From: Eledone cirrhosa
Taxonomy: Eukaryota
Assembly: GCA_964016885.1 (NCBI GenBank)
Contig: OZ024741.1
Span: 132,308,001-132,372,000 of the forward strand
DNA length: 64,000 nucleotides
Direction: 5' to 3'
Shown: piece by piece, positions 53,501 to 64,000 of the stretch
Layout of the letters: each line of letters begins with the position of its first letter
Position numbering within the stretch: position 1 is the first letter of the stretch
Translations under genes and position numbers: made by a program
The notes under the pieces: model-generated
Database searches by the model: none
What the model was told of the DNA's origin: nothing
What the model saw: only the letters and a program-made list of their open reading frames with translations

Positions 53501-56500
53501 CTTTTTACTAGATAATTCAGTTAAACAAGCCAGACTGAGGCTATGGACTGACGTCTTTTTACTAGATAATTCAGTTAAACAAGCCACACTGGGGCTATGG
53601 TCTGACGCCTTTTTACTAGATAATTCAGTTAAACAAGCCAGACTGAGGCTATGGACTGACGTCTTTTCACTAGATAATTCAGTTAAACAAGCCACACTGA
53701 GGCTATGGACTGACGTCTTTTTACTAGATAATTCAGTTAAACAAGCCGCACTGAGGCTATGGTCTGACGTCTTTTCACTAGATAATTCAGTTAAACAAGC
53801 CACACTGAGGCGATGGACTGACGTCTTTTTACTAGATAATTCAGTTAAACAAGCCACACTGAGGCTATGGTCTGACGTCTTTTCAGTAGATAATTCAGAT
53901 AAACAAGCCGCACTGAGGCTATGGACTGACGTCTTTTTACTAGATAATTCAGTTAAACAAGCCACAATGAGGCTATGGTCTGACGTCTTTTCACTAGATA
54001 ATTCAGTTAAACAAGCCACACTGAGGCTATGGACTGACGTCTTTTTACTAGATAATTCAGTTAAACAAGCCTCACTGAGGCTATGGACTGACGTCTTTTT
54101 ACTAGATAATTCAGTTAAACAAGCCGCACCGAGGCTATGGACTGACGTCTTTTCACTAGATAATTCAATTAAACAAGCCACACTGAGGCTATGGTCTGAC
54201 GTCTTTTCACTAGATAATTCAGTTAAACAAGCCGCACTGAGGCTATGGACTGACGTCTTTTTACTGATAATTCAATTAAACAAGCCACACTGAGACTATG
54301 GTCTGATGTCTTTTCACTAGATAATTCAGTTAAACAAGCCACACTGAGGCTATGGTCTGAGGTCTTTTCACTAGATAATTCAGTTAAACAAGCCAAACTG
54401 AGGCTATGGACTGACGTCTTTTCACTAGATAATTCAGTTAAACAAGCCACACTGAGGCTATTTACTGACGTCTTTTTACTAGATAATTCAGTTAAACAAG
54501 CAGCACTGAGGCTATGGTCTGACGTCTTTTCACTAGATAATTCAGTTAAACAAGCCACACTGAGGCTATTTACTGACGTCTTTTTACTAGATAATTCAGT
54601 TAAACAAGCAGCACTGAGGCTATGGTCTGACGTCTTTTCACTAGATAATTTAGTTAAACAAGCCACACTGAGGCTATGGTCTGACGTCTTTTCACTAGAT
54701 AATTCAGTTAAACAAGCCACACTGAGGCTATGGACTGACGTCTTTTTACTAGATAATTCAGTTAAACAAGCCTCACTGAGGTTATGGACTGACGTCTTTT
54801 TACTAGATAATTCAGTTAAACAAGCCGCACCGAGGCTATGGACTGACGTCTTTTCACTATATAATTCAGTTAAACAAGCCACACTGAGGCTATGGTCTGA
54901 CGTCTTTTCACTAGATAATTCAGTTAAACAAGCCAGACTGAGGCTATGGACTGACGTCTTTTCAATAGATAATTCAGTTAAACAAGCCACACTGAGGCTA
55001 TGGCCTGACGTCTTTTTACTAGATAATTCAGTTAAACAAGCCACACTGAGGCTATGGACTGACGTCTTTTTACTAGATAATTCAGTTAAACAAGCCAGAC
55101 TGAGGCTATGGACTGACGTCTTTTTACTAGAAAATTCAGTTAAACAAGCCACACTGGGGCTATGGTCTGACGCCTTTTCACTAGATAATTCAGTTAAACA
55201 AGCCACACTGAGGCTATTTACTGACGTCTTTTTACTAGATAATTCAGTTAAACAAGCAGCACTGAGGCTATGGTCTGACGTCTTTTCACTAGATAATTCA
55301 GTTAAACAAGCCACACTGAGGCTATTTACTGACGTCTTTTTACTAGATAATTCAGTTAAACAAGCAGCACTGAGGCTATGGTCTGACGTCTTTTCACTAG
55401 ATAATTCAGTTAAACAAGCCACACTGAGGCTATGGACTGACGTCTTTTTACTAGATAATTCAGTTAAACAAGCCACACTGAGGCTATGGTCTGACGTCTT
55501 TTCACTAGTTAATTCAGATAAACAAGCCACACTGAGGCTATGGACTGACGTCTTTTTACTAGATAATTCAGTTAAATAAGCCACAATGAGGCTATGGTCT
55601 GACGTCTTTTCACTAGATAATTCAGTTAAACAAGCCACACTGAGGCTATGGACTGACGTCTTTTTACTAGATAATTCAGTTAAACAAGCCTCACTGAGGC
55701 TATGGACTGACGTCTTTTTACTAGATAATTCAGTTAAACAAGCCGCACCGAGGCTATGGACTGACGTCTTTTCACTAGATAATTCAGTTAAACAAGCCAC
55801 ACTGAGGCTATGGTCTGACGTCTTTTCACTAGATAATTCAGTTAAACAAGCCGCACTGAGGCTATGGACTGACGTCTTTTTACTGATAATTCAATTAAAC
55901 AAGCCACACTGAGGCTATGGTCTGACGTCTTTTCACTAGATAATTCAGTTAAACAAGCCGCACCGAGGCTATGGACTGACGTCTTTTTACTAGAAAATTC
56001 AGTTAAACAAGTCACACTGAGGCTATGGACTGGCGTCTTTTTACTAGATAATTCAGTTAAACAAGCCACACTGAGGCTATGGTCTGACGTCTTTTCACTA
56101 GATAATTCAGTTAAACAAGCCACACTGAGGCTATGGACTGACGTCTTTTTACTAGATAATTCAGTTAAACAAGCCACACTGAGGCTATGGTCTGACGTCT
56201 TTTCACTACATAATTCAGTTAAACAAGCCACACTGAGGCTATGGACTGACATCTTTTTACTAGATAACTCAGTTAAACAAGCCACACTGGAGCTATGGTC
56301 TGACGTCTTTTTACTAGATAATTCAGTTAAACAAGCCACACTGAGGCTATGGCCTGACGTCTTTTTACTAGATAATACAGTTAAACAAGCCACACTGAGG
56401 CTATGGACTGACGTCTTTTTACTAGATAATTCAGTTAAACAAGCCACACTGGGGCTATGGTCTGACGCCTTTTTACTAGATAATTCAGTTAAACAAGCCA

Positions 56501-59500
56501 GACTGAGGCTATGGACTGACGTCTTTTCACTAGATAATTCAGTTAAACAAGCCACACTGAGGCTATGGACTGACGTCTTTTTACTAGATAATTCAGTTAA
56601 ACAAGCCGCACTGAGGCTATGGTCTGACGTCTTTTCACTAGATAATTCAGTTAAACAAGCCACACTGAGGCGATGGACTGACGTCTTTTTACTAGATAAT
56701 TCAGTTAAACAAGCCACACTGAGGCTATGGTCTGACGTCTTTTCAGTAGATAATTCAGATAAACAAGCCGCACTGAGGCTATGGACTGACGTCTTTTTAC
56801 TAGATAATTCAGTTAAACAAGCCACAATGAGGCTATGGTCTGACGTCTTTTCACTAGATAATTCAGTTAAACAAGCCACACTGAGGCTATGGACTGACGT
56901 CTTTTTACTAGATAATTCAGTTAAACAAGCCTCACTGAGGCTATGGACTGACGTCTTTTTACTAGATAATTCAGTTAAACAAGCCGCACCGAGGCTATGG
57001 ACTGACGTCTTTTCACTAGATAATTCAATTAAACAAGCCACACTGAGGCTATGGTCTGACGTCTTTTCACTAGATAATTCAGTTAAACAAGCCGCACTGA
57101 GGCTATGGACTGACGTCTTTTTACTGATAATTCAATTAAACAAGCCACACTGAGACTATGGTCTGATGTCTTTTCACTAGATAATTCAGTTAAACAAGCC
57201 ACACTGAGGCTATGGTCTGAGGTCTTTTCACTAGATAATTCAGTTAAACAAGCCAAACTGCGGCTATGGACTGACGTCTTTTTACTAGATAATTCAGTTA
57301 AACAAGCCACACTGAGGCTATGGTCTGACGTCTTTTCACTAGATAATTCAGTTAAACAAGCCACACTGAGGCTATGGACTGACGTCTTTTTACTAGATAA
57401 TTCAGTTAAACAAGCCACACTGAGGCTATGGACTGACGTCTTTTTACTAGATAATTCAGTTAAACAAGCCACACTGAGGCTATGGTCTGACGTCTTTTCA
57501 CTAGATAATTCAGTTAAACAAGCCGCACTGAGGCTATGGTCTGACGTCTTTTCACTAGATAATTCAGTTAAACAAGCCACACTGAGGCTATGGACTGACG
57601 TCTTTTTACTAGATAATTCAGTTAAACAAGCCACACTGAGGCTATGGACTGACGTCTTTTCACTAGATAATTCAGTTAGACAAGCCACACTGAGGATATG
57701 ATCTGACGTCTTTTCACTAGATAATTCAGTTAAACAAGCCAAACTGCGGCTATGGACTGACGTCTTTTTACTAGATAATTCAGTTAAACAAGCCACACCG
57801 AGGCTATGGACTGACGTCTTTTTACTAGAAAATTCAGTTAAACAAGCCACACTGAGGCTATGGACTGGCGTCTTTTTACTAGATAATTCAGTTAAACAAG
57901 CCACACTGAGGCTATGGTCTGACGTCTTTTCACTAGATAATTCAGTTAAACAAGCCACACTGAGGCTATGGACTGACGTCTTTTTACTAGATAATTCAGT
58001 TAAACAAGCCACACTGAGGCTATGGTCTGACGTCTTTTTACTAGATAATTCAGTTAAACAAGCCACACTGGAGCTATGGTCTGACGTCTTTTTACTAGAT
58101 AATTCAGTTAAACAAGCCACACTGAGGCTATGGACTGACGTCTTTTTACTAGATAATTCAGTTAAACAAGCCTCACTGAGGCTATGGACTGACGTCTTTT
58201 TACTAGATAATTCAGTTAAACAAGCCGCACCGAGGCTATGGACTGACGTCTTTTCACTAGATAATTCAGTTAAACAAGCCACACTGAGGCTATGGTCCGA
58301 CGTCTTTTCACTAGATAATTCAGTTAAACAAGCCAGACTGAGGCTATGGACTGACGTCTTTTCACTAGATAATTCAGTTAAACAAGCCACACTGAGGCTA
58401 TGGCCTGACGTCTTTTTACTAGATAATTCAGTTAAACAAGCCACACTGAGGCTATGGACTGACGTCTTTTTACTAGATAATTCAGTTAAACAAGCCAGAC
58501 TGAGGCTATGGACTGACGTCTTTTTACTAGATAATTCAGTTAAACAAGCCACTCTGGGGCTATGGTCTGACGCCTTTTTACTAGATAATTCAGTTAAACA
58601 AGCCAGACTGAGGCTATGGACTGACGTCTTTTCACTAGATAATTCAGTTAAACAAGCCACACTGAGGCTATGGACTGACGTCTTTTTACTAGATAATTCA
58701 GTTAAACAAGCCGCACTGAGGCTATGGTCTGACGTCTTTTCACTAGATAATTCAGTTAAACAAGCCACACTGAGTCTATGGACTGACGACTTTTTACTAG
58801 ATAATTCAGTTAAACAAGCCACACTGAGGCTATGGTCTAACGTCTTTTCACTAGATAATTCAGATAAACAAGCCACACTGAGGCTATGGACTGACGTCTT
58901 TTTACTAGATAATTCAGTTAAACAAGCCACAATGAGGCTATGGTCTGACGTCTTTTCACTAGATAATTCAGTTAAACAAGCCACACTGAGGCTATGGACT
59001 GACGTCTTTTTACTAGATAATTCAGTTAAACAAGCCTCACTGAGGCTATGGACTGACGTCTTTTTACTAGATAATTCAGTTAAACAAGCCGCACCGAGGC
59101 TATGGACTGACGTCTTTTCACTAGATAATTTAGTTAAACAAGCCACACTGAGGCTATGGTCTGACGTCTTTTCACTAGATAATTCAGTTAAACAAGCCAC
59201 ACTGAGGCTATGGACTGACGTCTTTTTACTAGATAATTCAGTTAAACAAGCCTCACTGAGGTTATGGACTGACGTCTTTTTACTAGATAATTCAGTTAAA
59301 CAAGCCGCACCGAGGCTATGGACTGACGTCTTTTCACTATATAATTCAGTTAAACAAGCCACACTGAGGCTATGGTCTGACGTCTTTTCACTAGATAATT
59401 CAGTTAAACAAGCCAGACTGAGGCTATGGACTGACGTCTTTTTACTAGAAAATTCAGTTAAACAAGCCACACTGGGGCTATGGTCTGACGCCTTTTTACT

Positions 59501-62500
59501 AGATAATTCAGTTAAACAAGCCAGACTGAGGCTATGGACTGACGTCTTTTCACTAGATAATTCAGTTAAACAAGCCACACTGAGGCTATGGACTGACGTC
59601 TTTTTACTAGATAATTCAGTTAAACAAGCAGCACTGAGGCTATGGTCTGACGTCTTTTCACTAGATAATTCAGTTAAACAAGCCACACTGAGGCTATGGA
59701 CTGACGTCTTTTTACTAGATAATTCAGTTAAACAAGCCACACTGAGGCTATGGTCTGACGTCTTTTCACTAGTTAATTCAGATAAACAAGCCACACTGAG
59801 GCTATGGACTGACGTCTTTTTACTAGATAATTCAGTTAAATAAGCCACAATGAGGCTATGGTCTGACGTCTTTTCACTAGATAATTCAGTTAAACAAGCC
59901 ACACTGAGGCTATGGACTGACGTCTTTTTACTAGATATTTCAGTTAAACAAGCCTCACTGAGGCTATGGACTGACGTCTTTTTACTAGATAATTCAGTTA
60001 AACAAGCCGCACCGAGGCTATGGACTGACGTCTTTTCACTAGATAATTCAGTTAAACAAGCCACACTGAGGCTATGGTCTGACGTCTTTTCACTAGATAA
60101 TTCAGTTAAACAAGCCGCACTGAGGCTATGGACTGACGTCTTTTTACTGATAATTCAATTAAACAAGCCACACTGAGGCTATGGTCTGACGTCTTTTCAC
60201 TAGATAATTCAGTTAAACAAGCCGCACCGAGGCTATGGACTGACGTCTTTTTACTAGAAAATTCAGTTAAACAAGCCACACTGAGGCTATGGACTGGCGT
60301 CTTTTTACTAGATAATTCAGTTAAACAAGCCACACTGAGGCTATGGTCTGACGTCTTTTCACTAGATAATTCAGTTAAACAAGCCACACTGAGGCTATGG
60401 ACTGACGTCTTTTTACTAGATAATTCAGTTAAACAAGCCACACTGAGGCTATGGTCTGACGTCTTTTCACTACATAATTCAGTTAAACAAGCCACACTGA
60501 GGCTATGGACTGACATCTTTTTACTAGATAACTCAGTTAAACAAGCCACACTGGAGCTATGGTCTGACGTCTTTTTACTAGATAATTCAGTTAAACAAGC
60601 CACACTGAGGCTATGGCCTGACGTCTTTTTACTAGATAATACAGTTAAACAAGCCACACTGAGGCTATGGACTGACGTCTTTTTACTAGATAATTCAGTT
60701 AAACAAGCCAGACTGAGGCTATGGACTGACGTCTTTTTACTAGATAATTCAGTTAAACAAGCCACACTGGGGCTATGGTCTGACGCCTTTTTACTAGATA
60801 ATTCAGTTAAACAAGCCAGACTGAGGCTATGGACTGACGTCTTTTCACTAGATAATTCAGTTAAACAAGCCACACTGAGGCTATGGACTGACGTCTTTTT
60901 ACTAGATAATTCAGTTAAACAAGCCGCACTGAGGCTATGGTCTGACGTCTTTTCACTAGATAATTCAGTTAAACAAGCCACACTGAGGCGATGGACTGAC
61001 GTCTTTTTACTAGATAATTCAGTTAAACAAGCCACACTGAGGCTATGGTCTGACGTCTTTTCAGTAGATAATTCAGATAAACAAGCCGCACTGAGGCTAT
61101 GGACTGACGTCTTTTTACTAGATAATTCAGTTAAACAAGCCACAATGAGGCTATGGTCTGACGTCTTTTCACTAGATAATTCAGTTAAACAAGCCACACT
61201 GAGGCTATGGACTGACGTCTTTTTACTAGATAATTCAGTTAAACAAGCCTCACTGAGGCTATGGACTGACGTCTTTTTACTAGATAATTCAGTTAAACAA
61301 GCCGCACCGAGGCTATGGACTGACGTCTTTTCACTAGATAATTCAGTTAAACAAGCCACACTGAGGCTATGGTCTGACGTCTTTTCACTAGATAATTCAG
61401 TTAAACAAGCCGCACTGAGGCTATTGACTGACGTCTTTTTACTGATAATTCAATTAAACAAGCCACACTGAGACTATGGTCTGATGTCTTTTCACTAGAT
61501 AATTCAGTTAAACAAGCCACACTGAGGCTATGGTCTGAGGTCTTTTCACTAGATAATTCAGTTAAACAAGCCACACTGAGGCTATGGACTGACGTCTTTT
61601 CACTAGATAATTCAGTTAAACAAGCCAAACTGCGGCTATGGACTGACGTCTTTTTACTAGATAATTCAGTTAAACAAGCCACACCGAGGCTATGGACTGA
61701 CGTCTTTTTACTAGAAAATTCAGTTAAACAAGCCACACTGAGGCTATGGACTGGCGTCTTTTTACTAGATAATTCAGTTAAACAAGCCACACTGAGGCTA
61801 TGGTCTGCCGTCTTTTCACTAGATAATTCAGTTAAACAAGCCACACTGAGGCTATGGACTGACGTCTTTTTACTAGATAATTCAGTTAAACAAGCCACAC
61901 TGAGGCTATGGTCTGACGTCTTTTCACTAGATAATTCAGTTAAACAAGCCGCACCGAGGCTATGGACTGACGTCTTTTCACTAGATAATTCAGTTAAACA
62001 AGCCGCACTGAGGCTATGGACTGACGTCTTTTTACTGATAATTCAATTAAACAAGCCACACTGAGGCTATGGTCTGACGTCTTTTCACTAGATAATTCAG
62101 TTAAACAAGCCACACTGAGGATATGATCTGACGTCTTTTCACTAGATAATTCAGTTAAACAAGCCAAACTGCGGCTATGGACTGACGTCTTTTTACTAGA
62201 TAATTCAGTTAAACAAGCCACACCGAGGCTATGGACTGACGTCTTTTTACTAGAAAATTCAGTTAAACAAGCCACACTGAGGCTATGGACCGGCGTCTTT
62301 TTACTAGATAATTCAGTTAAACAAGCCACACTGAGGCTATGGTCTGACGTCTTTTCACTAGATAATTCAGTTAAACAAGCCACACTGAGGCTATGGACTG
62401 ACGTCTTTTTACTAGATAATTCAGTTAAACAAGCCACACTGAGGCTATGGTCTGACGTCTTTTCACTAGATAATTCAGTTAAACAAGCCACACTGAGGCT

Positions 62501-64000
62501 ATGGACTGACGTCTTTTTACTAGATAATTCAGTTAAACAAGCCACACTGAGGCTATGGTCTGACGTCTTTTCACTAGATAATTCAGTTAAACAAGCCACA
62601 CTGAGGCTATGGACTGACGTCTTTTTACTAGATAATTCAGTTAAACAAGCCACACTGAGGCTATGGACTGACGTCTTTTTACTAGATAATTCAGTTGAAC
62701 AAGCCACACTGAGGCTATGGACTGGCGTCTTTTTACTAGATAATTCAGTTAAACAAGCCGCACCGAGGCTATGGACTGACGTCTTTTTACTAGATAATTC
62801 AGTTGAACAAGCCACACTGAGGCTATGGACTGGCGTCTTTTTACTAGATAATTCAGTTAAACAAGCCGCACCGAGGCTATGGACTGACGTCTTTTTACTA
62901 GATAATTCAGTTAAACAAGCCACACTGAGGCTATGGTCTGAGGTCTTTTCACTAGATAATTCAGTTAAACAAGCCACACTGAGGCTATGGACTGACGTCT
63001 TTTCACTAGATAATTCAGTTAAACAAGCCAAACTGCGGCTATGGACTGACGTCTTTTTACTAGATAATTCAGTTAAACAAGCCACACCGAGGCTATGGAC
63101 TGACGTCTTTTTACTAGAAAATTCAGTTAAACAAGCCACACTGAGGCTATGGACTGGCGTCTTTTTACTAGATAATTCAGTTAAACAAGCCACACTGAGG
63201 CTATGGTCTGCCGTCTTTTCACTAGATAATTCAGTTAAACAAGCCACACTGAGGCTATGGACTGACGTCTTTTTACTAGATAATTCAGTTAAACAAGCCA
63301 CACTGAGGCTATGGTCTGACGTCTTTTCACTAGATAATTCAGTTAAACAAGCCGCACCGAGGCTATGGACTGACGTCTTTTCACTAGATAATTCAGTTAA
63401 ACAAGCCGCACTGAGGCTATGGACTGACGTCTTTTTACTGATAATTCAATTAAACAAGCCACACTGAGGCTATGGTCTGACGTCTTTTCACTAGATAATT
63501 CAGTTAAACAAGCCACACTGAGGATATGATCTGACGTCTTTTCACTAGATAATTCAGTTAAACAAGCCAAACTGCGGCTATGGACTGACGTCTTTTTACT
63601 AGATAATTCAGTTAAACAAGCCACACCGAGGCTATGGACTGACGTCTTTTTACTAGAAAATTCAGTTAAACAAGCCACACTGAGGCTATGGACCGGCGTC
63701 TTTTTACTAGATAATTCAGTTAAACAAGCCACACTGAGGCTATGGTCTGACGTCTTTTCACTAGATAATTCAGTTAAACAAGCCACACTGAGGCTATGGA
63801 CTGACGTCTTTTTACTAGATAATTCAGTTAAACAAGCCACACTGAGGCTATGGTCTGACGTCTTTTCACTAGATAATTCAGTTAAACAAGCCACACTGAG
63901 GCTATGGACTGACGTCTTTTTACTAGATAATTCAGTTAAACAAGCCACACTGAGGCTATGGTCTGACGTCTTTTCACTAGATAATTCAGTTAAACAAGCC
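41598..64000. repeat. 54-bp satellite array (~415 units, runs off the window end)
   Basis: Consensus gacgtctttt(t/c)... unit gacgtctttttactagataattcagttaaacaagccacactgaggctatgg(a/t)ct. Shared variant patterns define higher-order repeats. Confidence 0.99.

Noticed and set aside
41598-64000. CRISPR-like array, or hammerhead in the 54-bp unit (ctgacgt, ctgaggc)
   Set aside because: Units are head-to-tail with no unique spacers and there are no cas genes. The motifs lack the CUGANGA-stem-GAAA-stem-NUH arrangement on either strand.

Overview
AT-rich, microsatellite-dense eukaryotic DNA. The SINEs and (TA)n/(CA)n content resemble an Octopus/cephalopod genome (recognised from memory, not verified). 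Bases 1-41.6 kb are a patchwork of decayed mobile elements: a Penelope-like RT element interrupted by a SINE and an RTE-type LINE 3' end, a Helitron with intact ends and a broken PIF1 helicase, an RTE endonuclease remnant, a hAT/Buster element with TIRs and an 8-bp TSD, a piggyBac MITE, a CRE-type LINE end, many SINEs, and a Tc1/mariner-type MITE amplified into a tandem array. Bases 41.6-64 kb are one 54-bp satellite with higher-order repeats; the long ORFs there come from the repeat. The main signal the ORF track misses is at least 12 type-I hammerhead ribozymes (stem I-CUGANGA-stem II-GAAA-stem III-NUH-stem I') from about 10 apparently unrelated non-coding families. These sit in or beside (TA)n tracts, often have terminal redundancy, and repeatedly form fold-back pairs whose ribozyme strand points outward, consistent with a retrozyme/Penelope-satellite system. 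Four phase-compatible minus-strand exon candidates suggest the region may be intronic. All structures were read by eye, and element boundaries are approximate unless a TSD or terminal motif is quoted.
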